DNA from: Acidobacteriota bacterium | GTDB lineage: Bacteria > Acidobacteriota > UBA6911 > RPQK01 > CBDDCF01 | Length of the DNA stretch: 64,000 nt | Direction: 5' to 3' | Assembly: GCA_965225995.1 (NCBI GenBank) | Contig: CBDDCF010000019.1 | Span: forward strand, 11,310-75,309 | Part shown: positions 38,863 through 48,041 of the stretch, piece after piece | Position numbering within the stretch: position 1 is the first letter of the stretch | How the letters are laid out: every line of letters starts with the position of its first letter | Translations under genes and position numbers: made by a program | The notes under the pieces: generated by a model | Told to the model about the DNA's origin: nothing | The model's database searches: none | Seen by the model: the letters and a program-made list of their open reading frames with translations, nothing else

Positions 38863-39165
38863 GTAGCCAACGAAAGTCTCTCTTCTATTTCTTACCCTTC
38901 TTCAGAATACGTACTACATCCTCATGCAAGGACCGCATTAACCAGGGAAGATGTTGTTCGGTGGTTTTCTGGAGGTAATTGACAGTTATTGAATGTTTGA
39001 AGTGTAGTGTGCGATTCGATGGGGGTGCGGAAATTACGACTAGGTCGAGAAATGGGGGGTCAAGTCCGAGATCTTCAGCCCCCGAAGACATTTCCCTCCG
39101 CTGGTTGACGGCGACCTCGGGCCCAGTTAGTGTTCTTTCTCAAGATCCTTAGACTCGGGGGGGAA

Positions 39166-39585
39166 ATGAAAAAACAGGTAGTCTTTTTCTTGATGTTAGT
39201 AGCCGGATTGCTGATCAGCGATTTGGCATCTCAGGACAGAACCGTTCCAGTTCGTATTACGGTCGATTCCGCGGGCCAGGTTCAGGTCACGCCGGACCGC
39301 CTCGAAATCGTCCTCGGCGATCGAGTGCAATGGAACATCACGGGAGCTCCAAACAGTCTTCTGGAAATCGAATTCGCACTCAGGGATGGCAATCGTGGCC
39401 CGTTCGGCTCTCGCAATGGTGGTGACAATCCATCCCGGGGCCGTTATCGGACAAACCGAGGCCAGGCCATCGCGACGTTGCAATCGGACCGGGAGGGCGA
39501 ATTCGAATACTCTGTTTTGGTGACTCAGCAGGACGGTTCGGAATTATTCCTCGACCCAGTCATCGTGGTGCGCCAATCAGAGTAG
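39166..39585 (+). CDS. small secreted protein (hypothetical)
   Basis: Start placed at ATG 39166 (MKKQVVFFLMLVAGLLISDLASQ signal peptide), preceded by a GGGGGGAA Shine-Dalgarno-like run. 139 aa, beta-rich. Confidence 0.6.
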   Translation: MKKQVVFFLMLVAGLLISDLASQDRTVPVRITVDSAGQVQVTPDRLEIVLGDRVQWNITGAPNSLLEIEFALRDGNRGPFGSRNGGDNPSRGRYRTNRGQAIATLQSDREGEFEYSVLVTQQDGSELFLDPVIVVRQSE

Positions 39586-39659
39586 CGGCTTTCAACCGGT
39601 AAGCTTGGAAACCGCGGTCTTGGCCCTTTGGACTCACGGTTCGCCAGACGGAGCTACTC

Positions 39660-42153
39660 CTACTGGAGAGCTCGTTGGACGTCAGGATTCGTGAAGAGTC
39701 GCTTGAGGTCCGGATTGGTTTCCACATCGGCTCGCAGGCCTCCGCCGATCGCTTCGAGTAACGCTGCAGTAGCCCGATCGTCCTGCCTGCAGATGGCGAA
39801 CGAGACCGCACTGTAGTAGTCGATCCAGGGACTCTCAGAAGCCGTAGCTTGAGCCAAATCCAACTGTGCCCCGGCAGCTGCGCACTCCCCGGCTCCTGCC
39901 AGTGAATAGCCGAGCCGACTCCTCAATTCGGCATCTTCGGGATTGACTTGCAGTCTCGACCGGCTGAGTTGGATGGCTTGCCGATAGGCTTTGCCTGCAT
40001 TCTCCTCTTCCCCCATTTGCCGGTAGGCATCTCCAAGACTCAGCCACGGCGCTTCATCCTGAGCAAACTGAGCGGCCTTTATGAACTGTTCGGCTGCCTC
40101 TCGGAAACGTCCGGTGGAATAATAAACGAAACCCAGTTTGTGTGCCCGGCCATGTCGGGCTGGATGGCGACGGCTGCCAACAGATAGACCTCGGCCTCTT
40201 CCAATTGGCCGAGACTCAGGTGCGCGATAGCAAGGTTGTTGTGGCCGATATCACTCTTGGGGCGGAGCCGAATAATATGCCGGTAGGGTTCCTTGGCTTC
40301 CTCGAAGCGGCCTTGAGCCAACAGGAAGTTTCCCAGAGCGCGGTAGTTTTGCCAGAGGTCGGGTCGTAGCGTGACGGCTTTGCGAAACATCGCTTCTGCA
40401 TCGGCGGTCCTACCCAGCCGAGCATACGCCTCGGCGATATGGCGACAGACTGCATCGTCGGCGGGAGCCAGATTTTGAGCAGTCTGGAAGGAGAAGACGG
40501 CCTGGTTCAGCTGGCCGCGCCCGAGATGGACGATTGCCCTCGCCAGATGCGATTCGGGATTAGTGGGAGAAGTTTCGACGGCCTGAACTGCGGAGGCTTC
40601 AGCTTGTTCGACCAGCGAAGTGTCTCCAGTCTCTTCCCAAGCCCTCCAAAGAGCCAGGGCCAAGCCGGAGTGCGCTTCGCCGAAGTCGGGCTTGATCTCG
40701 AGGGCTTGCGAGAAAGCCTGACGAGCTCGTTCATGGTTGCTTTTGACGTCCCATCCGTCGAGGTACCGCTTGCCTTCCAGATAATGCTTCACCGCTGTCT
40801 GGTCGATACCAAGCAGTCCTCCGGCCTGGATCTGGCTCTCTCCGAGTGCTTCAGCGATGTCTGCCGAGATCTGGTCGGCCCGGCTAAAGATATCAGCAAT
40901 TTCTCCATGATAGTCCCGGCTCCAAAGCGGATCCGATCCTGCGTCCACCAGTCGCAGCTGCAGTGAGTAAAGAGGATCGGTGATGCTCATTTCCCCTAAT
41001 AGCATCCAAGAGACTCGCAGTTCTCTGAGGGCATCAGTCAAGTTCGGGCTGGGCGGGTACTGACGGCTGGACTCAAAGGGGGCGATCTCAAGAGTCGAGT
41101 TCAAGCGAAGTGATTCGGCAAGCAGAGCCGGCAGCATGGTGGCATTGGGTTTCTGCACGGGGGATCCGCGATAATTCAGCGGCAAAAGGGCCAGCGATCG
41201 CTGGGTGGCAGGAATCCGCGGGTGTTGGCTGAACTGCCAAACCAAAAGGAGGGAGATCACGCCCAGCAAGAATCCGATCATGGCAGCCATTCTCCAAGTG
41301 GCCCCCTTTCCGACGGGCGAGCTCCCGGCCCTGACTCCCCTCAGCTGGCAACCACTTCCGATGCCGTGCCGGGTCTCTGGTCGGGTTTCTTGGAGAGGAG
41401 TTGCAGGATGAGCCGATCCAGTTCCCTGGGTATCGAACCCGACGGACGGGTCAATGGAGCCGGCTTGGCATTCAGAATGGCATTGATCTGAGCGACCGCT
41501 GAGTCCCCTGGGAAAGGGAGTGTACCCGACACCATCTCGTAAAGGACCACGCCCAGTGAGAACAGATCGCTTCTCCCGTCTACCGACTGTCCCAGAGCTT
41601 GCTCAGGGGCGATATACCGAGCCGTGCCGAGCAGACTTCCAGCCCGGGTAAGCGAAGTTGCATCCTGCAACGTGTTGTCTTTGTCGGTCCGTTTCGCCAC
41701 TCCAAAATCGAGGATCTTGGGGACTCCTGTGGGCGAGAGCATAATGTTGGACGGCTTGATGTCACGGTGTACGATGCCGCGTTCGTGGGCGGCTTGCAGG
41801 GCATCCGCCAGCCGGGCCCCGAGATCAATCACCTGAGAGATCGGCATGGGGCCTTCCCGGAGGACTCTTTCCAGCGTTCGTCCTTCCAGCAGCTCCATCA
41901 CGATGAAGGGCGCTCCCTCGTGTTCTCCGGAATCGAAAATCGTGCAGATGTTGGGATGGCTCAGAGCAGATGCGGCGCGAGCTTCCCTGAGGAAACGGGT
42001 CAGAATTTGTCGGCTGTCGAGGCTGTCAGGGGGGAGAACCTTGATCGCTACATGCCGCTCGAGTTGCTGATCATAGGCCCGATACACCGCGCCCATTCCC
42101 CCCTTGCCGACTCTCTCCTTCAGAACATATCGGGAACCGAACAGCTCGCTCAT
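39660..42153 (-). pseudogene. Ser/Thr protein kinase - TM - TPR protein, split into three ORFs by two 1-nt deletions
   Basis: ORF 41341..42153 is a Hanks kinase domain (GKGGMGAVYRA, HRDIKPSNIML, DFGVAK, APE). ORF 40079..41290 starts with the TM helix and continues into TPRs. ORF 39660..40016 continues the TPRs. Frame analysis shows -1 shifts near 41341..41350 and at the CCCGG run 40145..40149. There the alternative frame reads AHKLGFVYYSTGRFREAAEQFIKAAQFAQDEAPWLSLGDAYRQMGEEENA, which joins the last ORF. Confidence 0.65.
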
Positions 42154-42620
42154 GGTTGTTGGAAACGCCTCATCTTACTTGTCGATTCCGGCCCATGGGA
42201 ACATGGAGCTTGGGACCGATTTCCTTGTCGAGAGTCCTCCCCGATGCCGGGTATCTGGGTCCCTGGGGTCTTCCTTTCTTCGCGAACTCGATTCACAAAA
42301 GCCATCTTCGCAACCTTAGGATGCCTAAGTTTCAGCTCAGAAGCCAGGCCCGGGCTCCTAGCCAACCTCCGGGAATTCCCTCTCGAGAGCTGCGTAGAAG
42401 CCTTTGCCAGGCCCACTGGGCTGCGTGCTTTCCGTGCGGGCGGTGCTATAGAATGGCATGTCCAGGGGAGCTAGTGGCGCCTCACCGGGTCTTTTTTCCA
42501 AACAAGGAGGCTGTGCGCGATCCAAGAGCGACCGAAAAGAGCGATCTGGTTCAGAACTGGAGAAGCTGGAGAACGGTCTTTTTGGACAGGAAGCCATAGA
42601 CCCAAACTGAAAGGGCCGGA

Positions 42621-42725
42621 ATGAAGCTGGAAGCGAACTGGGTTGACTCATTGCTGGAGAAGTTCCGGCAGTGCAGAATTCTAGTGATCGGAGATCTGAT
42701 TCTCGATCGTTTTGTGTGGGGCCGG
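42621..42725 (+). pseudogene. 5' stub of a PfkB-family sugar kinase gene (RfaE/HldE-like)
   Basis: MKLEANWVDSLLEKFRQCRILVIGDLILDRFVWGR matches the usual N-terminus of heptose-7-phosphate kinases. Similarity stops at about 42725, where IS-like sequence begins. Confidence 0.45.
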
Positions 42726-42810
42726 TGTAGTGGTCCAGCGACGCGTTGTTGCATAAATCGCTTTGGTCCGTCAGCTTGTCTCCCGATGGGCCAGGGTGCC
42801 AGCATGAGGA

Positions 42811-42888
42811 ATGACGCCCAAGGAGTACACGTTCCGTTACCGAGTGCGCAACTGGCCAGACTACAATCGGGCGCTTATCACCAGGGGT
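42811..42888 (+). pseudogene. N-terminal stub of an IS5-family transposase
   Basis: MTPKEYTFRYRVRNWPDYNRALITRG is the conserved IS5-group N-terminus (YRVRNW..YN.AL..RGS). The reading frame degenerates after 26 codons. Confidence 0.5.
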
Positions 42889-43154
42889 CCCGTGGTCCGC
42901 AATAATTAGATCTCGACTGATCCAGCACCGTCAGATAGTCCCAACAGGTCGGGATTTCTGATTCGGGTTCATCTCGTAAGTCAGAAGGCTGATTATCCCG
43001 GCCGAGACGATTGCTCGCTGACCGCCTTTAGCGGGCCAATAGTCAGGATCCGCGCGCAAATCTACTTTGATAAGACGACGCTTCGAGAACGCTATCTATG
43101 CCGCGAGGCGGTAATCGTGATGCAAGCCGTTCAAGATAGGAATCGCAACTAGTC

Positions 43155-43769
43155 TTGCCGAAGCGGAAGGAGACAATACTGATATCGATGGGTCTCGGTC
43201 TGGAATTCCGCCCAGGCCTTGGTGAACCCTGCCCTGATTGTACAAGTCGGCGACACAAAACCCATATTACCCAAACTGAGATCTGTTATCCCTGGCATCC
43301 GTGGCATGGCAAGGAAGTGATTGTTCATCGGTCTGTCAAAAGGTGGGATAAGACGGTCTTTCACTGCCGCCTAGCGGACCCAGCCTGTCACAAAAAGTTG
43401 GAAGTGCCGCAATGGATGTGCGATCGCGCCGCATGTTGCACGATGCACCTGGCTGAGAAACCGTCAGTCGGTTGCGATCACTTGCGCAACCTTCAAAGCT
43501 TGCTGCGAGATATTGCGTTCACGGACTGCGTGGCTGTCCCAGAGAATCAGCATCCTGGTCTGCTAGAGAAAGCGGATGCTGAAACGAAAACGACTGAGAC
43601 ACAATCTGGGCAGTCAACAGAATCTATTCCATCCTCCTCTGGAAATTCCAGCATGGCACACTCTGGCCGCCCCGGTGAGGGAACGGACGGCAGCGATGTT
43701 GGCGCGCCTGATACGCCAACATCGCCTCCGCAGGATCGAAGCCGGAGAGACCCAGGAGGTAGGCGATGA
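43155..43769 (+). CDS. hypothetical protein upstream of and coupled to the serine recombinase
   Basis: 204-aa ORF. The central part (YPWHPWHGKEVIVHRSVKRWDKTVFHCRLADPACHKKLEVPQWMCDRAACCTMHL...LRNLQSLL) looks like a real domain and the C-terminal third is low complexity. An overlapping 65-aa ORF (43576..43773, ...WHTLAAPVRERTAAMLARLIRQH) in another frame may be the true 3' part or a second gene. Confidence 0.4.
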   Translation: MPKRKETILISMGLGLEFRPGLGEPCPDCTSRRHKTHITQTEICYPWHPWHGKEVIVHRSVKRWDKTVFHCRLADPACHKKLEVPQWMCDRAACCTMHLAEKPSVGCDHLRNLQSLLRDIAFTDCVAVPENQHPGLLEKADAETKTTETQSGQSTESIPSSSGNSSMAHSGRPGEGTDGSDVGAPDTPTSPPQDRSRRDPGGRR

Positions 43770-45837
43770 GTGAGAAGATCAAAGCTGCGCATACGGCTCG
43801 CAAAGCCATTCTCTACGTGCGCCAGTCCTCGGCGTACCCAGTCATCCACAATGCAGAAAGTCGGCGGCTGCAATACGCGATGGAGCAGCGGTTGCGCGCA
43901 CTGGGTTGGAAGGAAGTCGAGATTATCGACGAAGACCTGGGACGCTCCGCCGCTGGGATGCTGACCCGGACTGGCTTTGAGCGCATGGTGGCAGAAGTCT
44001 GCCTGGGCAAGGTGGGTGCAGTCGGAGCCCGGGAGGTGTCCCGCTTTGCCCGCAACAGCCGGGAGTGGCAACAGCTAGTGGAAGTCTGCCGAGTGGTTGA
44101 TACCCTGTTGGTGGATCAGGAGATGGTCTACTCCCCTCGTCAAAGCAATGACCGGCTGCTGTTGGGATTGAAAGGGAGTTTGAACGAGTATGAACTGGAC
44201 TTGCTCAGACAGCGCTCTGTGGAGGCTCGCAATGAAAAAGCGAAGCGAGGCGAACTGATCGTGACAACACCCATAGGCTATTTGAAGGCGGAGGGGGTAG
44301 TGGAGAAGGATCCCGACCGTCGCGTCCAAGAAGCCATCCTTTTAGTCTTTGGAAAGTTCGCCGAATTGGGGAGCGGCCGCCAGACGTTATTGTGGTTTCT
44401 GGAACAAGGGCTGCAACTTCCGGTTCGAGATGGCCAGGGTGAGCTGCTGTGGCGACGGCCCAGCTATGCCACGGTGCATCGCATGCTCACCAATCCGGTC
44501 TACGGTGGAGCCTACGCCTACGGCAAAACGGAGACGAAATCGCAGTATGAAAACGGAAAGCCTCGTCGCGTGACGCGGAGCAAGCCGAGAGATCAATGGT
44601 TGGCGTTAATCCCTGACAGTCACGAAGGGTACATTAGCTGGGAGGAGTTTGAGAAGATTCAGAAGATGCTCTCAGAGAACCGAATGGGAAGTGATCGCAT
44701 GGGGGCGCCCAAAGGAGGCGGCGCTCTTTTGGCCGGGCTGCTGCGCTGCGCTCGATGCGGTCGCAAGCTGATGGTGACGTACTCGGGTCGCGAGGGCAAC
44801 CTGCTTCGCTACGGTTGTAGGCGCGGTCAACTGGACAACGGGGAGCCCAAATGCATTGCCTTTGGTGGTACCAGCGTGGACCAGGCAATCGGGCACAGGT
44901 GATGAGCGTAGTGGGGCCTGGAGCCATCGAAGCGGCAGTGTTGGCAAGTCGAGAGGAAGCGCATCGACAAGACGAAGTGCAGCAAGCGTTGGAGCGGGAC
45001 CTCGAGGCAGCACGCTATGCGGCCAACCGTGCGTGGAAGCAGTATGATGCGACCGATCCGGAAAATCGTCTGGTGACGGAGGAACTCGAAAACCGCTGGA
45101 ACCGGGCCCTGGAGAGAGTCCAAGAGTTGGAGTTACGGATTGCTGAACTTCGAGGGCAGCGACAACAGAAGTTTCCAGCGACAGCGGAAGAGTTTGAGAA
45201 TCTGGCGACAGACCTGGCCACGGTCTGGAACAGCCCCGATGCGGACGAGCGTTTGAAAAAGCGAATTGTTCGGGCGCTGATCCAGGAAGTGGTAGTCGAC
45301 GTGGACGCACAGGTCGGCGAAATCCTCCTGATCATCCATTGGAAAGGGGGAATACATACAAAACTGCGCCTGCCCAAGCGGCACCGTGGACAGTCTAGTG
45401 CCCACACAGCAAAAAGTATCGTGGGGGCTGTCAGCTTCCTGGCACGCATCTGCACCGACGACGTGATCGCGGGAGCGCTCAATCGCAATGGGCTCCTGAC
45501 CGGCAAGGGGAATCGCTGGACGCAAGAACGGGTTGCGTCGCTTCGTAGCCGGAACAAGATTCCACGTTACCGCGCGGAGAAACGCAACAAAAATGGATGG
45601 TTTAATTTGACACAAGCTGCCCAGGTGCTCGGTGTGTGTGCCAGGACACTCCGCATAGCGGCCCAGCGCAACGAGATTGATGCAGAGCATCCCCTCCCCG
45701 ATGGTCCCTGGGTGTTCGCCCGTTGTGAACTCGAGAGTCAACGGGCCAAAACGCTCATCAATCGGGTAAAAGGGCGCATTGGCACCCCCGCGGTACCAAC
45801 AGATAGGCAGCCAATCCTTGATTTTTCAAGCACATAG
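43766..45837 (+). pseudogene. large serine recombinase, one 1-nt frameshift
   Basis: The N-terminal resolvase domain (AILYVRQSS, GAVGAREVSRFARN), recombinase domain, zinc ribbon (LLRCARCGRKLMV) and coiled-coil are all present. ORFs 43766..44902 and 44851..45837 join if one G is added to the GGG run at 44891..44893 (...VDQAIG/AQVMSVVGPGAIEAAV...). Confidence 0.85.
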
Positions 45838-46842
45838 CGAGGTGTGGCAGTATGAAGCGTAGTTGTACCAACGGATGAACTCGGAAAGGGTCCATCGCAG
45901 CTGCCGCTCATTCCAAATCAACATGTGATCGAGACATTCCCGCCGCAATGTTCCAATCAGTCGCTCGACGTGGGCCGATGCGTTGGGAGCCCGATACGGA
46001 ATGGGAATTCCCGTAATGTCCATTACCTCGAAGAGCCACACGTCGAGCGTGCAGCGGCATGAGGCTCTCCTTCCAGACTTCTCGATTTGGATGGGGTGCC
46101 CCAACTGGCCAAACTTCCCATCGTTGTCATGAATAAGAAACTTGGGCTGCCCGTCGAAACAGGCGTTGACAACCTGCTGCCTGGTCCAGTCAAGTGTCGG
46201 ATGCTCGGTGACGTTGAAGTGGACGATCTTTCTGCTTGCGAGTTCCATGATGACAAACACGTAGAGCACACGAAAGCCGATGGTATGTTGCACGAAGAAG
46301 TCACAGGACCAAATCGCCTTAGACTGGTTTCTCAGAAAGGTTTGCCACACCTGTGACTCCCGAGAGCCACCGCCTCGGGCCCTGTACTTTCGGATCGTGG
46401 CTGAGGAATGCTCAATGCCGAACTTGAGCTCCAATTCCAAGGCAATCCGATCCTCGCCGTACTCAGGATGATCCAACGAGATCCGCCGTATGAACTGAAT
46501 GTGCTTCTTTGGAATAGGGGGCCGGCCAACCCTCCCATGTGACTTCCTTCGCCAGAACTCTCGAAACTTCCGTTTCCTCCAACGGATTAGCGTTTCAGGC
46601 CTGACGACGAATAACTCGGACCTCCAGTCTTTCCACAACCTTGAGATTACCACCCAGAACAGTCGAGCCCTGTTTTCCAATATTGGTCTCTTCGTGCTGC
46701 GCCGATAGACCCCGAGCTGCTGACGATACACGGCCAGCCTCAGCGCTGTCGCCCGGTTGAACCACACGAAAACTACCAGATTGATGGCCTGCGCGAGAAG
46801 GAGCAGCAGCAGCACGTTCATCCGAAGAGCCTGGGCCGACAA
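45826..46842 (-). CDS. rve (integrase-core) DDE transposase, IS481/IS3-like, 3' end replaced
   Basis: RPETLIRWRKRKFREFWRRKS...GRPPIPKKHIQFIRRISLDHPEYGEDRIALEL and a DDE core (WSCDFF..., LIHDNDGKFG, HVERLIGTLRREC). Similarity ends right after WYNYA (about 45856). The last codons are antisense to the recombinase 3' end. Confidence 0.75.
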   Translation of the reverse strand: MSAQALRMNVLLLLLLAQAINLVVFVWFNRATALRLAVYRQQLGVYRRSTKRPILENRARLFWVVISRLWKDWRSELFVVRPETLIRWRKRKFREFWRRKSHGRVGRPPIPKKHIQFIRRISLDHPEYGEDRIALELELKFGIEHSSATIRKYRARGGGSRESQVWQTFLRNQSKAIWSCDFFVQHTIGFRVLYVFVIMELASRKIVHFNVTEHPTLDWTRQQVVNACFDGQPKFLIHDNDGKFGQLGHPIQIEKSGRRASCRCTLDVWLFEVMDITGIPIPYRAPNASAHVERLIGTLRRECLDHMLIWNERQLRWTLSEFIRWYNYASYCHTSLCA

Positions 46843-46882
46843 GCCTCAAAATGCCACCAGAATCGGGCTGGATGGAGTTTTT

Positions 46883-46937
46883 GCGGAGCACGGGGATTTG
46901 AACCCCCGACTTCCTGCTCCCAAAGCAGGCGCGCGGA
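46883..46937 (-). tRNA. 3' fragment of tRNA-Pro(UGG); not a functional gene
   Basis: The reverse complement reads GCGC-G-CCTGC-TTTGGGA-GCAGG-AAGTC-GGGGGTTCAAATCCCCG-TGCTCCG-C. This gives the anticodon stem-loop with TGG, the T arm and the 3' acceptor strand (G72, as in bacterial tRNA-Pro). No 5' acceptor strand or D-arm 5' half is present upstream. Confidence 0.6.
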
Positions 46938-46970
46938 TTTCGCGTAAATAGCTGATTTATAAGTCTTTTC

Positions 46971-47038
46971 TTTTCAAGGGCTTCTTTTTCAAGGGCTTCT
47001 GTTGAACTCTGTTGAAACCTGTTGATCTCTGTTGATCT
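46971..47038 (+). repeat. two sets of tandem direct repeats (2 x TTTTCAAGGGCTTC; 4 x 10-bp CTGTTGAnnn)
   Basis: TTTTCAAGGGCTTC occurs at 46971..46984 and 46986..46999. CTGTTGAACT, CTGTTGAAAC, CTGTTGATCT and CTGTTGATCT run from 46999 to 47038 with exact 10-bp phasing. The context is AT-rich. Confidence 0.8.
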
Positions 47039-47242
47039 TTGAGGCTTTGAACGACTACAAAATCATCTACAACCTAGGGCAGACGACACTCGGACCCTGG
47101 GGTGCCTACTAACTTCCGTTCGATGGTAGAATTGTTAGCAGATGGCGAGCCGCAACCCATTCTTTGAGATCCTGGACCTAGAAGAACCCAGCGGTGCACG
47201 GCCGGTTTTCGATAGGACGTCTGATGCGTGTTGAGGTATGTC

Positions 47243-47482
47243 ATGGGTAATGTCTTACGAGTACCGCCGCCCGGTTTCGATGGGCTCTCGACCGAAGACA
47301 AAATCGAGTATGTTCAGTCGTTGTGGGATCACATCGCTTCGGACGTAGATCGAGTCCCGCTCACAGATTGGCAAGAGCGGCTACTTGACGAGCGCATCAA
47401 GGATCTGGAGAAGAATCCGGATGCAGGAATTCCGTGGCCGAAAGTTCGCGAAAGAATATTTCGCAAGCTCGGTAAGAGTTGA
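47243..47482 (+). CDS. antitoxin, 'addiction module component' family
   Basis: MGNVLRVPPPGFDGLSTEDKIEYVQSLWDHIA...PLTDWQERLLDERIKDLEKNP is typical of the TIGR02574-like antitoxins that pair with ParE/RelE toxins. GAGG lies 7 nt upstream of the ATG at 47243. Confidence 0.7.
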   Translation: MGNVLRVPPPGFDGLSTEDKIEYVQSLWDHIASDVDRVPLTDWQERLLDERIKDLEKNPDAGIPWPKVRERIFRKLGKS

Positions 47483-47781
47483 GAACGACGCGAACGGTCA
47501 GCTTCCGACCGCTGGCCCAAGCTGATGTCGATAGCGCGATCTCCTGGTATGGAGCTGAGCGTCCCACCCTGGCACTCGCGTTTGCAGGTTCACTCGATGC
47601 TGTCGTTGCGCGAATTCGGGAAGCGCCATTGCAGTTTCCCGTCGTGCGAGGCAACATTCGCCGCGCGCTTCTTCGAGGGTTTCCGTACGGCGTTTTTTTC
47701 ACCGTCCATGCGGACACCGTCCAGGTGCTGGCGGTCGTTCACCTCCACAGGCACCCTAGAACTTGGAACAGGAGACATTAG
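47479..47781 (+). CDS. ParE/RelE-family toxin
   Basis: 100-aa ORF overlapping the antitoxin stop by 4 nt (TTG start). FRPLAQADVDSAISWY...LLRGFPYGVFFTVHADTVQVLAVVHLHRHP fits the plasmid-stabilisation toxin pattern. Confidence 0.7.
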   Translation: MRTTRTVSFRPLAQADVDSAISWYGAERPTLALAFAGSLDAVVARIREAPLQFPVVRGNIRRALLRGFPYGVFFTVHADTVQVLAVVHLHRHPRTWNRRH

Positions 47782-48041
47782 CCAAAGTCGCCTGAAGGCC
47801 CAGGCTGGTCGATGTTTCAATGCGTCCCAGTTGAGAAAGGAAGGAAACTCGGGCCTTCATGACGGAACAGGGAGTCCTGAGAAGCCTAGTTCTTACTCCA
47901 ACTTACGACACGACTGAGTTTTCGGGATAGGACGGGCAACTCGACACAAAAAGTCTAGAATGTTTCTGCAGACAGCTCCGCAAAACTGGCGACCCAAGAT
48001 CGCTGGCCCACTACAGATCGATTAAACGAAAGGGAAGATTG

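Noticed and set aside
42154-42620. ORFs of 88-147 aa in the kinase/sugar-kinase intergenic region
   Set aside because: They have low-complexity Pro/Arg/Ser-rich translations, mutually overlap on both strands, and have no SD or motifs.
44885-44900. Programmed ribosomal frameshifting in the serine recombinase, and likewise in the other split genes
   Set aside because: There is no slippery heptamer or downstream structure, and this family is not known to use frameshifting. All sites are plain homopolymer runs.
46883-46937. A functional tRNA-Pro gene
   Set aside because: No 5' acceptor strand or D-arm 5' half is present, and there is a G-G mismatch at the base of the T stem. Only a 3' fragment remains.
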